Below are positions 1 through 8,730 of a stretch of 27,741 nucleotides of DNA, piece after piece. Position numbers and translations under genes: made by a program. The notes under the pieces were generated by a model. That model was not told where the DNA came from. It made no database searches and was given only the letters and a program-made list of their open reading frames with translations. The DNA lies in the IMG/VR virus record IMGVR_UViG_3300012352_000233, positions 1-27,741 of that record; one strand, 5' to 3'. How positions within the stretch are numbered: position 1 is the first letter of the stretch; every line of letters begins with the position of its first letter. The DNA comes from a virus. Its lineage: Duplodnaviria > Caudoviricetes.

Positions 1-1020
1 GCCAACACCTTTAATGACATCCTGAACAGTGATTGATGTTGGATCTGTTGGGTTAGCGTACAGTACAATGTGACGACGACAGAAAATAACTAAGAATCCG
101 TTATGTGATACAAGAGCTACAATACCGTCACCTGTAGGAATAACTTGACTAATGTCTAAGTAACCTGCTGTGCCGGTTGTGAAGTTCTTTGGGTCTTGTA
201 GATCGCTGAAGTAAACAGTCTGATCATCAGTACCGATATTAGCAACCCATAAACGACCAAAAGCTGTTAAAGAGCAAGAAGGTTTAAAGTTATCTGCAGT
301 GTAGCCAGTCGGTAAAGAAGCAATGTCAGCTAAACGCTGAAAACCATACTCATCTGTATGTCCAGTACCATAACGATGATAGATTAAAGGAGTATGATTA
401 CGCTGAACACCAATGATATGAGCAGAGCTATTGATGCCGCCAAGATAAGGCATACCAGTAAACTGCCAGTTGTTGTCAGTAATCGCATAAGGTAATACGT
501 TAATTAGTGAGGCTGAACCGCTGGTTGTTGCAGAAGCTGCTGCAGTAACAGTAAAGGTATCTGTTGTAGGTGCAATTACAGCGTAATCGCCATCAGGAAG
601 CGTACCAGAAGATACGTTAAAATGTACAATCTGTCCAGCTACATATCCATGAGCTGTTTTAGTTACAGTAACGGTTGTACCTGTTTGTGTGTATGTAGCG
701 CCTGACTTGTAGTTAGTACCGTAGATAGATTGCTCTACAGGAGCTGTTGTACCGACATAGACGTGGTTATTAGCTGCGCTAACGACAATGTTACCGTCAT
801 TCTTAACTAACTCAAAGATAGCTCTAAAGTTACCTGTTTCGACTGCTGTTGTGTTTACCTTGTTCCAGCCTTTACGAGCACCAATACGACCGTACTTGTC
901 GATAACACAGTTGTAAGCTTCAAGAGCAAATCCACTGGTAAGCTGTACCGTGGAGTCTTGGATGTTTAATCCAGAGAACCCCGGAGCTTGTATAGCACCT
1001 GTTAGTAACTGTTCAGCCAT
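1..1020 (-). CDS. Tail/DNA-stabilisation (nozzle-type, P22 gp10 / tail tubular B-like) protein, 3' end outside the window
   Basis: Not in the ORF track. ATG at 1020 overlaps the upstream TAA (TAATG); translated by hand as MAEQLLTGAIQAPGFSGLNIQDSTVQLTSGFALEAYNCVIDKYGRIGARKGW...; beta-rich; directly follows the adaptor-like gene, the usual podovirus order. Confidence 0.7.
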   Translation of the reverse strand, partial: MAEQLLTGAIQAPGFSGLNIQDSTVQLTSGFALEAYNCVIDKYGRIGARKGWNKVNTTAVETGNFRAIFELVKNDGNIVVSAANNHVYVGTTAPVEQSIYGTNYKSGATYTQTGTTVTVTKTAHGYVAGQIVHFNVSSGTLPDGDYAVIAPTTDTFTVTAAASATTSGSASLINVLPYAITDNNWQFTGMPYLGGINSSAHIIGVQRNHTPLIYHRYGTGHTDEYGFQRLADIASLPTGYTADNFKPSCSLTAFGRLWVANIGTDDQTVYFSDLQDPKNFTTGTAGYLDISQVIPTGDGIVALVSHNGFLVIFCRRHIVLYANPTDPTSITVQDVIKGVG

Positions 1021-1673
1021 TAGACGTTAACCCAAGCTGACTCTTCAATATAACGTCCAGACTCTAGACCGATAGCATCACCAAGTGATTGTTGATACAA
1101 TGCATACATCGCATTAGAATCTAAACCACCATCTTCGCCACGCTCTGCCATTGCACGAGCTACAGCACCAAAGATGACTGGCTCATGTGGAATTAACAAC
1201 ACATCGCTATTTAAACTTAGCGGAGGCTGTGGACGAATTATGTTAAAACGTAGATTATAAACAGTATCAGGAATAGGATATACATCGACTTGCGTGTCAC
1301 CATTGGTATTAGTTCCGTTGAAGTTATAATAACGAGGCTCACCACGGTCAGAAGAGGTTGTCAAGAATAGACGGTCCATCTCTGAAGTAGGGATGTTCTT
1401 TAAGATATAATCGGAGCTATCGTTGATAACGTCGATCATGCGGAATCGCTGTCCAGAACCTTCTAACACATAGTTAAAGATTCCCGGAACAGTATCTGCT
1501 GTAAGAGTTGTGCTTAAAGCATTCCAGTTGTATGCATCTTCGGCTTGACGTTTAGCGTCATTAACAAACTTACCGATTAACTTGGAATATGCTGTATCAT
1601 TAACGGAAGTAACTTCACGCTCACGTAAGCGGATAAGGACTTCATTAACTAATTGGATATAAGAGTAGGACAT
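1020..1673 (-). CDS. Head-tail adaptor / tail tubular protein A-like
   Basis: 217 aa; N-terminal helical 'YIQLVNEVLIRLRE...FVNDAKRQAEDAYNWNAL', 'GEPRYY', 'VYPIPD' and C-terminal 'LIPHEPVIFGAVARA' pattern typical of podophage adaptors; RBS AAGGA upstream. Confidence 0.7.
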   Translation of the reverse strand: MSYSYIQLVNEVLIRLREREVTSVNDTAYSKLIGKFVNDAKRQAEDAYNWNALSTTLTADTVPGIFNYVLEGSGQRFRMIDVINDSSDYILKNIPTSEMDRLFLTTSSDRGEPRYYNFNGTNTNGDTQVDVYPIPDTVYNLRFNIIRPQPPLSLNSDVLLIPHEPVIFGAVARAMAERGEDGGLDSNAMYALYQQSLGDAIGLESGRYIEESAWVNV

Positions 1674-1694
1674 GGTTTCCTTATAGGTGCTAAT

Positions 1695-1723
1695 ATTTTA
1701 CCACAAAAGAGGTGAAAAGTCAA
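1695..1723 (-). promoter_or_regulatory. sigma70-type promoter upstream of the adaptor gene
   Basis: Minus strand TTGACT-17 nt-TAAAAT with an extended -10 TG, in the 55-bp intergenic gap. Confidence 0.75.
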
Positions 1724-1728
1724 GCATT

Positions 1729-2205
1729 TTATTTGCTATTTGCTGACTTTAGTGCATCTATTTGGGCGGCTGCTTCTCTGTACTTCCCGTGGTTTTCGAT
1801 GTCGGTGGAGAGTACGGTAGCAAGGTCAACGGGGGCAATGAGGTTGTCAGTGCTTTGGGGATCTGAGGAGCTACCTGTGGCGGAGTCGTTGTACAGCCTG
1901 ATAAAGCCATAAGTGACGTTACAGTTAGGACTGCCCAAAGAATAGAGATTCTTGATTTGACGTTGGTAGTATGCATTCTTAGCCTGTTCTTGTCTTATTT
2001 GTTGAAAATATTCAGCCGCAGCAAGGTCAAATTTAGCCTTGTTTTCCGCCAGAGCTTGTTGATATACTTCTTTATCTTTAGCAATCTTTGCTTCATAGTA
2101 ATTAGTCCTGTATTTAGATCCGACATAAGCTCCGCCGCCAAAGGCGATAGTAACCGCTGCAAATAACGCAATCAAACCATTAAAGCCACTTAGTAACCAA
2201 CCCAT
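1729..2205 (-). CDS. Inner-membrane spanin (Rz-like)
   Basis: 158 aa; N-terminal TM helix then a predicted coiled-coil periplasmic region; immediately downstream of the endolysin; contains an embedded lipoprotein ORF. Confidence 0.8.
   Translation of the reverse strand: MGWLLSGFNGLIALFAAVTIAFGGGAYVGSKYRTNYYEAKIAKDKEVYQQALAENKAKFDLAAAEYFQQIRQEQAKNAYYQRQIKNLYSLGSPNCNVTYGFIRLYNDSATGSSSDPQSTDNLIAPVDLATVLSTDIENHGKYREAAAQIDALKSANSK
1758..1976 (-). CDS. Outer-membrane lipoprotein spanin (Rz1-like), embedded in the +1 frame of the i-spanin
   Basis: 72 aa; signal peptide ending in lipobox LSGC, then a Pro/Thr-rich mature region; fully nested in the +1 frame, as for lambda Rz/Rz1. Confidence 0.8.
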   Translation of the reverse strand: MHTTNVKSRISILWAVLTVTSLMALSGCTTTPPQVAPQIPKALTTSLPPLTLLPYSPPTSKTTGSTEKQPPK

Positions 2206-2667
2206 TTAGTCTCCAATACAGGTGTTATATTCTTGTTGTCTACGTTTAACTAATCCGGGGTAGACCTTACCGCCTGCTTGAGTCCACTTCAGAAGCTCTT
2301 TACAGGCTCCGTCATAATCTTTGTTATTTAGCTTCTTGACCAATGTTGATCTACAGAAAGCTCCTACACCTACGTTATAAGTAAAACTTGTGTATGCGTC
2401 GTACTCGCCTTGGGTGATTGGAACCTTAATGCACTGCACCATTCCCTTAGCGTGTTCTCCAGCACTTATTTCAAGCCTCTGTAGAGCCTCTAAACGGGTC
2501 ACAGTTGAGTCCATTGTAACTCCCTTGGTCTCCCCGTAGCCTACTGTAGGAACTCCTGTAACGTCTCGATAAGCCTTCTCACGGAACCCTTCATGTGAGG
2601 CGATACTAACGACTGTTAACGCACTGACTGTAAGGATTGCTGCATTACGTCTTATCTTCTCGTTCAT
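2206..2667 (-). CDS. Endolysin, GH24 phage lysozyme with probable N-terminal SAR domain
   Basis: Catalytic triad E-x8-D-x5-T (HEGFREKAYRDVTGVPTVGYG), 'FTYNVGVGAFCRSTL', 'GLVKRRQQE'; weakly hydrophobic Ala/Val/Ser-rich N-terminal segment. Confidence 0.93.
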   Translation of the reverse strand: MNEKIRRNAAILTVSALTVVSIASHEGFREKAYRDVTGVPTVGYGETKGVTMDSTVTRLEALQRLEISAGEHAKGMVQCIKVPITQGEYDAYTSFTYNVGVGAFCRSTLVKKLNNKDYDGACKELLKWTQAGGKVYPGLVKRRQQEYNTCIGD

Positions 2668-2867
2668 ATATCTTTTTGAGCTATTAAACGAGCTATAGAA
2701 GCTGCAATAATAGTAACGAAGGTTAAGGTAGCAAACGTATCTCTAGGGAACGAATCCCAGTACAGCGGGAGAACTGCTTCACAAGCCGTTAGAATAGCCG
2801 CTAAGAATATAAACTTTAGAGACCAAGACTTGCGAAGAATCTCTTTCCAATTCTCGTACAGCTTCAC
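2664..2867 (-). CDS. Holin/pinholin candidate
   Basis: 67 aa with two hydrophobic segments and a basic N-terminus; overlaps the endolysin start (ATGA). Confidence 0.7.
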   Translation of the reverse strand: MKLYENWKEILRKSWSLKFIFLAAILTACEAVLPLYWDSFPRDTFATLTFVTIIAASIARLIAQKDI

Positions 2868-2868
2868 T

Positions 2869-3198
2869 TTAAGCTTTTTCTAGAAGCACCGTACAGATAA
2901 CACTGAATGCAGAGCCTGCTTCAGGAGTCATCTTGATTTGGTCACGTTCTTGTAGAACAACACCGGAACCGTACCCAGTAAACTGGAAGTATTCTTTTGA
3001 TGCAAAAGTTTTTGCGTCTAAAATACTGATGTCAATAGAGTCTTTGGTGTTTTGCCACTCAATAGTCAAAGATTTAGTGCTTCCGCTTGAGTTGTGAATA
3101 TACATCAGATTCCAAGTAGCTTGATAGCCTTCTGGAACTGTATATACAACCGTCTCAGTGCCTGCTGTGAGGTTCTTACCGATTGATAATAGTTTCAT
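2869..3198 (-). CDS. Hypothetical beta-sandwich virion-associated protein
   Basis: 109 aa, beta-strand rich ('TVVYTVP', 'MYIHNSSGSTKSLTIEW'); coupled to the upstream gene by an ATGA overlap. Confidence 0.6.
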   Translation of the reverse strand: MKLLSIGKNLTAGTETVVYTVPEGYQATWNLMYIHNSSGSTKSLTIEWQNTKDSIDISILDAKTFASKEYFQFTGYGSGVVLQERDQIKMTPEAGSAFSVICTVLLEKA

Positions 3199-3401
3199 AG
3201 GTGTTTGACAATCCAGTCTTTAAATAATGTTAGGAAGACGACCACACCGGAAGTCAAGAAAGCAATACCGCCTAAGAAGCCTTTGTAACGAGTCATTTCA
3301 TCCTTGATCTCGTGCATCAACTTTAGCAACTCTTTGTGGTTGTCCTCTAAAGTCTCCACTTTGGATTCTATGACGGCTAGTCGTTCGATGTGGTCTGCCA
3401 T
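3195..3401 (-). CDS. Small membrane protein (coiled coil plus C-terminal TM; XhlA/holin-antiholin-like architecture)
   Basis: 68 aa; heptad-like 'ERLAVIESKVETLEDNHKELLKLMHEIKDEM' followed by one TM helix; next to the lysis genes. Confidence 0.6.
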   Translation of the reverse strand: MADHIERLAVIESKVETLEDNHKELLKLMHEIKDEMTRYKGFLGGIAFLTSGVVVFLTLFKDWIVKHL

Positions 3402-3403
3402 GA

Positions 3404-4348
3404 TTATGCTGTAAATGTACCGGATGAAGTGAATACGTGAATAGTGTTACCACCAGCAGATGTAATAGTACCGCCTGTACCACGTTGCGAGCCTGCGTAA
3501 GAAATAATAATTATTCCTGATCCACCTGCGCCTGATGTACCTGCGTTTCCAGAACCACCACCGCCTGATCCAGTGTTTACAACACCACTACCAGCGGTTC
3601 CTGCTGCATTACCAGTTCCGCCAATTCCTGAGCCACCTGCACCTGATGCTCCTCCTGCTGCTTGAGACGCAGATCCTCCACCGCCTCCAGCATAAGTTAC
3701 AGATGCTCCAGAAATAGTGGAAGTATATCCAACACCACCTGCCCCTCCGTTCACACCAGAAGCATAAACACCTGCACCGCCTCCGCCGCCACCGCCTCCT
3801 CCAGCAGAGCTTCCTGCATTACTTGTTCCGTTTCCTCCGGCATAGCCTTGACCTGATGTTCCTGCTAATCCAGTGGTATAGACATAACCACTACCGCCGC
3901 CTCCGGAGCCACCGATTGAGCCTGCTTGGTCATTTCCGCCGCCAGCTCCCCCGCCAACCGCTGCTGTGACTCCTGTAAAACTGCTGCTTGATCCCTGACT
4001 TCCGGGTGCGCTGTTTTTAGCAGGTGCTCCAGCGCCTACCGTAACAGTGTAAGATGTACTACCAGTAACTGTAGTTGTTCCAGTGACAACACCACCTGCT
4101 CCACCGCCTCCACCTACTTGCCACCATCCTGTTTGACCAGCACCACCTGATCCGCCACCAGCAACGATTAGATAAGAAATAGAATATGTTTGACTTGTAA
4201 GTGCAACCCAAACAAGACCACTCCATACTTCCCATTGATTAGTGGTAGTATTATAACCAGATTGTCCTAATGCAGGCGAAGAAGGTCTTCCAGCAGTAGT
4301 CCACTGAGCCGGTGTAATACCGTATGATCCGTCAATAATTACCGACAT
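3404..4348 (-). CDS. Glycine-rich tail adhesin-like protein, paralogue 3
   Basis: 314 aa; N-terminal 'TTAGRPSSP..G..GYN' module, 'YLIVAGGG', many GGGG runs, C-terminal 'GGSGIIIISY...HVFTSSGTFTA'. Confidence 0.75.
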   Translation of the reverse strand: MSVIIDGSYGITPAQWTTAGRPSSPALGQSGYNTTTNQWEVWSGLVWVALTSQTYSISYLIVAGGGSGGAGQTGWWQVGGGGGAGGVVTGTTTVTGSTSYTVTVGAGAPAKNSAPGSQGSSSSFTGVTAAVGGGAGGGNDQAGSIGGSGGGGSGYVYTTGLAGTSGQGYAGGNGTSNAGSSAGGGGGGGGGAGVYASGVNGGAGGVGYTSTISGASVTYAGGGGGSASQAAGGASGAGGSGIGGTGNAAGTAGSGVVNTGSGGGGSGNAGTSGAGGSGIIIISYAGSQRGTGGTITSAGGNTIHVFTSSGTFTA

Positions 4349-4361
4349 GGTAATCCTTTAA

Positions 4362-4742
4362 TTAAACTGGAGTTGGAACAGAAACCCAAGACAGTGTAGC
4401 TTCGTCCCAAACATAAGGACCGCTTTCAGTTGGCATTGGTGTAGGAGCTTCCCAAGTCCATGTAGAAGTATTCAATGTCCATGATGGATAAGGTTGTGGT
4501 GCATAGAATACGTCATTCACGATGTCGTATGTGTAGCCGATACCAGCATAGTTAGCACGTAGTGCTTCACCGCCGTCAGGCTGACCATCAGCACCGTAGT
4601 GTACGTTACCACGAGTATTGTAAGAAGTTTGCTTCCACAATCCCGGTAATGTGCCGATGAAGTCAGCATCAGCAACGATGACTTCCTGTACGTAAAACTT
4701 TGTTGAATTGTCGGTTGATAAAACCTTAGCGAAATGTGCCAT
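4362..4742 (-). CDS. Putative tail-fibre-associated/assembly protein (126 aa, start MAHFAKV)
   Basis: Start corrected from the ORF track: AAAAGGAG RBS precedes ATG at 4742; Trp/Pro-rich C-terminus 'PQPYPSWTLN...WEAPTPMP...YVWDEATLSW' resembles tail-fibre assembly proteins. Confidence 0.65.
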   Translation of the reverse strand: MAHFAKVLSTDNSTKFYVQEVIVADADFIGTLPGLWKQTSYNTRGNVHYGADGQPDGGEALRANYAGIGYTYDIVNDVFYAPQPYPSWTLNTSTWTWEAPTPMPTESGPYVWDEATLSWVSVPTPV

Positions 4743-4756
4743 TGTTGTTGCTCCTT

Positions 4757-5716
4757 TTAAGCTGTAAATGTACCACCAGATGTAAATGTATGAAATGTGC
4801 TGCCACCAGAGGACGTAACAGTACCGCCTGATCCACGTTGCGAGCCCACGTATGAAATAATTACAACACCAGAACCGCCAGCAGCTCCATTGTAAACTCC
4901 ATCTTTCCAAGCTCCGCCACCGCCACCACCACCGGTGTTTGTTGATCCTGCGTTTCCGTTGCTTATTCTACCACCGTTTCCACCGCCAAAAACACCAGAA
5001 CCTGCTGATAGATCTCGATATGCTCCGCCACCGCCGCCGCCACAGACGTTGACTCCTAAATATGAAACCCCGTTACCTCCGGTTCCACCACCGCCACCAG
5101 TGTAGTTACCTCCGTTGGCAGCAGCACCTGCTCCGCCACCACCACCGTAAGGGTCTTGTCCAGCTCCACCGGTATACGAACTATTAGTTCCTGTTCCTGA
5201 ATTACCACCGCCTCGACTGTAGCCAGCACCGCCTCCAGTAGCAGTGACACCAAAACCAGATGAGCTAGAGCCAGAACCATTCCTTGCTCCGCCAGCCCCT
5301 ACAGTAATAGTAAACGTAGATGTAGGGACTACGGAAGTTGTCCCGTAACGATAACCACCACCTCCACCACCTCCTCCTTGGTCATCTCCACCACCACCGC
5401 CGCCTGCGACCACTAAATAACTAATTGAATATGAGCCAGCTTTAATCTCAACCCACGCACCACCAATGTATCCTTCTACGGCGTTTGTTGTAGTATTATA
5501 ACGAATCATTCCATTAGCAGGGCTACTAGGACGTTGCGCTGTAGTTCCTGATGGGATACCTAAGCCTTTTGTTGCAGCCGCAAACGATACGTTTTGACTA
5601 GAATCAATAGTCATTGCGGTGACACCACCTGTTTGTATTGCTAATACCCCTGACGTGTCAGGAATGACATTTAAACTTGTAGCACTTGTTGTACCAGCAT
5701 TAATAATTGTCGTCAT
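4757..5716 (-). CDS. Glycine-rich tail adhesin-like protein, paralogue 2
   Basis: 319 aa; 'PSGTTAQRPSSPANGMIRYN', 'YLVVAGGG', polyglycine runs, C-terminal 'GGSGVVIISY...HTFTSGGTFTA'. Confidence 0.75.
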   Translation of the reverse strand: MTTIINAGTTSATSLNVIPDTSGVLAIQTGGVTAMTIDSSQNVSFAAATKGLGIPSGTTAQRPSSPANGMIRYNTTTNAVEGYIGGAWVEIKAGSYSISYLVVAGGGGGGDDQGGGGGGGGYRYGTTSVVPTSTFTITVGAGGARNGSGSSSSGFGVTATGGGAGYSRGGGNSGTGTNSSYTGGAGQDPYGGGGGAGAAANGGNYTGGGGGTGGNGVSYLGVNVCGGGGGGAYRDLSAGSGVFGGGNGGRISNGNAGSTNTGGGGGGGAWKDGVYNGAAGGSGVVIISYVGSQRGSGGTVTSSGGSTFHTFTSGGTFTA

Positions 5717-6690
5717 GCTGTATAAGTTCCTGATGAAGTATATTTAATCACTGTATTACTTCCGTTTGTTGTTACTGTCGGAGACCCTGTAACGGTTCCT
5801 GTATATTTATCAGTGGGGACGGACAAGATAATTATTCCTGATCCACCTTGACCGGCTGTACTATTAACAGCTCCGCCGCCGCCTGATCCGGTATTTCCAG
5901 AAGCATTACTGCCTTGGAAATTACCACTTCCATCGTTTACGCCTCCGTTACCACCACCGTTTGAGCCGTAGCCTCTAGAAAGACCTCCACCGCCTCCACC
6001 GCCTGCGTAGGTCACTGAAGATCCTGTGATAGAGGTAGCTACTCCTCCACCACCGTTACCGCCAGTTCCTCCGGTCACGCTTTGTCCGTTTGCTCCGGCT
6101 CCAGCTCCACCGCCTCCGGCTGCGTTAGGTCCAGTTCCTCCTGTATATCCGTTGCCTGAACTACCGCCTGTTTGACCACTACCACTATTTCCTCCAACGG
6201 AAGTAATAGTTGTTATACCAAACCCTGCTACTGTACTACTGCTTCCGTTAGATCCACCTGATCCACCGGAGCCGATGGTAACGGTATAGGTAGAACTAGG
6301 ATATAACCCGACTGTACTTTCCAATACTTTACCTGCGCCGCCTCCGCCTCCGTAATTACCACCAGTAGATCCTGAGCCACCGCCACCAACCGCTACGTAT
6401 GCAATTGTATAAGTAGGTAAATTTTCTTTAACTACCGTCCAAGAACCAGCTAAATAAGTTTCTATAGCGTATATATCGCTATTATATCGAACACTGCCTT
6501 CTATAGGACTACTTGGACGCTGTGCTGTTGTTCCGCTTGGAAGCTGTAATGCGTCAGTTTTATTAAATGTTGTACTGGAATCTGCGTTAAAAGTAATTGC
6601 AGCAGTTCCGCCTGTTTGTAGCTGTAATGATCCGCTATTGTCAGGTGTGGTTACTAATCCAGTTGTATTAACATTAATGACTGATGCCAT
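5713..6690 (-). CDS. Glycine-rich tail adhesin-like protein, paralogue 1
   Basis: 325 aa; 'PSGTTAQRPSSPIEGSVRYN', 'YVAVGGGG', polyglycine runs, C-terminal 'GGSGIIILS...KYTSSGTYTA'. Confidence 0.75.
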   Translation of the reverse strand: MASVINVNTTGLVTTPDNSGSLQLQTGGTAAITFNADSSTTFNKTDALQLPSGTTAQRPSSPIEGSVRYNSDIYAIETYLAGSWTVVKENLPTYTIAYVAVGGGGSGSTGGNYGGGGGAGKVLESTVGLYPSSTYTVTIGSGGSGGSNGSSSTVAGFGITTITSVGGNSGSGQTGGSSGNGYTGGTGPNAAGGGGAGAGANGQSVTGGTGGNGGGGVATSITGSSVTYAGGGGGGGLSRGYGSNGGGNGGVNDGSGNFQGSNASGNTGSGGGGAVNSTAGQGGSGIIILSVPTDKYTGTVTGSPTVTTNGSNTVIKYTSSGTYTA

Positions 6691-7214
6691 TAAGCGCCTC
6701 TAACCATGTAACCTTGAAAATAAGTCATATCAGCGGCTGCTACAAGTCCCTGTCCTGTTGTTAATAGTCCCCATAACTCTACATAATCTGTAGATCCGTT
6801 TAAATAAACTAAACAGCTTAACGATGGAGGAGCATTACCTGATGCGTTATTGTTATAACTTCCATATTTATATGACGATCCATTCTTATAAATACCTAAT
6901 GCACCTGCTGAATATGAAGACGCTGGTTGTATTTTACCTGTTAAGGAATAATACCCTGCCACGGTTGGTTGAAAACGATAATTTGTAGTGCTATCAAACG
7001 CAGACGCTGTATCCCATTCTTCTGTTTGGAATTGAATCTTTGTAAGCGTGGCACTGCTTAGTGTTTGTGATGAGCTTTGATAAGCACTGAATGTAGGACC
7101 GTCAACAGCTATGTTACCAGTCTTAGCAGGCAGTGTAAGTGCATTAGTACCAGCTACTGCAGGAACGTCAATGGTGACTGAACCGCTTGTGGCTCCCGGA
7201 AGAACTAAACTCAT
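6690..7214 (-). CDS. C1q/TNF-like domain tail protein
   Basis: 'PTFSAY...KIQFQTEEWD...FDSTTNYRFQPTVAGYY...LVYLNGSTDYVELW...TYFQGYMV' follows the gC1q pattern; ATG at 7214 overlaps the tail-fibre TGA (ATGA). Confidence 0.7.
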   Translation of the reverse strand: MSLVLPGATSGSVTIDVPAVAGTNALTLPAKTGNIAVDGPTFSAYQSSSQTLSSATLTKIQFQTEEWDTASAFDSTTNYRFQPTVAGYYSLTGKIQPASSYSAGALGIYKNGSSYKYGSYNNNASGNAPPSLSCLVYLNGSTDYVELWGLLTTGQGLVAAADMTYFQGYMVRGA

Positions 7215-8545
7215 AGAATCACCCATCGTTTGCCAGCGTTAACCGTTACGGTATAACCTGAACTAATTGTTATAGGACCGACAGACATAGCATTCTCGGA
7301 AATTGTAATATTCTCAGCGATTGTCGAAGCGTTGTAAGCTACTGCTTTTACTGATGCTGAACCAAAGTATTGTCCACCAGCAGGAGCTGCGCCGTTAACC
7401 CAACCAGAGCCGTTATACTTCAATACTTGGTCTGTAGAAGGAGATGTAATCGCTACATCAGTTAAGCCGTCTAAGCTAGTAGTCAGTGTAGGCTGATCAG
7501 TTAAGTCATTGTAAGAACCGGTATTAGCTACAGTTGCTAAAGCATCCCAAGATGAGTTTGTACCGTCTGTAGTTAAGTATTTACCGCTATTGCCAGTCTG
7601 TGAAGGTAGTGCATCGACAGAAGACCAAGATGTGCTTGTGCCATTAGTGCTTAGAAACTTACCTGAATTACCTGTTTGACTTGGGATTACCGCAGCAGCG
7701 GCAGCGGCACTTGCAGCAGCGTCGGTTGCAGAACCTGCAGCGGCTGTTGCTGAAGAAGCAGCGTTAGTTGCGGATGTAGCAGCACTTGAAGCTGAACCAG
7801 AAGCCGCTGTAGCGGAACTAGCAGCGTTAGTCTCAGAAGTAGCTGCGTTAGAAGCAGATGTAGATGCAGCAGAAGCACTAGAAGCAGCATTAGTTGCTGA
7901 TGTAGAAGCTAGTCCTGCTTGAGTAGTTGCTGTAGTTGCTGAACCGGATGCGCTGGTAGCGGAAGCGGCTGCATTAGTCTGAGAAGTGCTGGCGCTAGAG
8001 GCTGAAGAAGCTGCTGCAGTAGCTGATCCTGAAGCGGATGTAGCGGAGTTGCTTGCATTGGTAGCAGATGTGGAAGCACTTGATGCACTGCTTGCAGCAT
8101 TGGTTGCTGAAGTGCTTGCTGCGCTTGCTGAGTTGCTTGCGTTAGTTGCTGCTGTGCTTGCTGTAGATGCTGAGGTACTTGCATTGGATGCCTGTGTAGT
8201 TGCTGTTGCCGCAGCAGTTTCTGCGTTAGTCTCGGCTGTCTCTGCGTTTGTTTCAGCCACAAGAGCAGCATCACGTGCAGCCTCAGCAGCAAACTGAGCC
8301 GCTAGAGCAGCAGCAATATCATCAGCTAAGTCAGTAGCTACGGATTCGGCAGCCGCTTGAGCAGCTTCAGCAGCGACTTCAGCAGTCTCAGCGTTTGTTT
8401 CAGCAAGTTCTGCTGCATTCTTAGCCGCAATAGCAGCATTCTTAGCCGCAATAGCTTCATCACGAGCAATGACTGTTGCAGAGGCTTCGGAAGCTGCGTC
8501 ATTGACTGCGTCTCCTACACCACCGGGACCACGATAGATTCCCAT
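7211..8545 (-). CDS. Tail fibre protein with long Ala/Ser/Thr coiled-coil shaft
   Basis: 444 aa; roughly 250 residues of AAASATSA-type heptads (lambda Stf-like), two copies of SQTGNSGK(F/Y)L(S/T)T(N/D)GT..SW, then a 'QVLKYNGSGWVN' module. Confidence 0.8.
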   Translation of the reverse strand: MGIYRGPGGVGDAVNDAASEASATVIARDEAIAAKNAAIAAKNAAELAETNAETAEVAAEAAQAAAESVATDLADDIAAALAAQFAAEAARDAALVAETNAETAETNAETAAATATTQASNASTSASTASTAATNASNSASAASTSATNAASSASSASTSATNASNSATSASGSATAAASSASSASTSQTNAAASATSASGSATTATTQAGLASTSATNAASSASAASTSASNAATSETNAASSATAASGSASSAATSATNAASSATAAAGSATDAAASAAAAAAVIPSQTGNSGKFLSTNGTSTSWSSVDALPSQTGNSGKYLTTDGTNSSWDALATVANTGSYNDLTDQPTLTTSLDGLTDVAITSPSTDQVLKYNGSGWVNGAAPAGGQYFGSASVKAVAYNASTIAENITISENAMSVGPITISSGYTVTVNAGKRWVIL

Positions 8546-8709
8546 TATTCAGCCTTAGATTTAACTGCAGGTTTCTTTACTGGTTTTTCTTCTTGTTTTA
8601 CTTCTTCAACCACTTCTTCGTAATCGGGATGTGCTTTCATCTGAATGATGTCCCATTCCAGATCAAATTCGACAGTGTTGCCTGTCTGTAAACATTTGAA
8701 TAAAGCCAT
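8545..8709 (-). CDS. Small hypothetical protein (54 aa)
   Basis: Not in the ORF track. MALFKCLQTGNTVEFDLEWDIIQMKAHPDYEEVVEEVKQEEKPVKKPAVKSKAE; strong GAGGAG RBS; TAATG overlap with the tail fibre. Confidence 0.75.
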   Translation of the reverse strand: MALFKCLQTGNTVEFDLEWDIIQMKAHPDYEEVVEEVKQEEKPVKKPAVKSKAE

Positions 8710-8730
8710 TTTGTCTCCTCAGTTTATTTA

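Noticed and set aside
4743-4910. N-terminal extension of ORF 4362..4910
   Set aside because: Overlaps paralogue 2 in another frame; a strong RBS supports ATG 4742.
3404-6690. Diversity-generating retroelement acting on the glycine-rich paralogues
   Set aside because: No reverse transcriptase in the window and no near-identical TR/VR pair differing only at adenines; similarity between paralogues is at the protein level.
7687-8623. Alternative-frame and antisense ORFs within the tail fibre
   Set aside because: Shadow ORFs produced by repetitive GCN/TCN/ACN codons; no RBS and low-complexity products.
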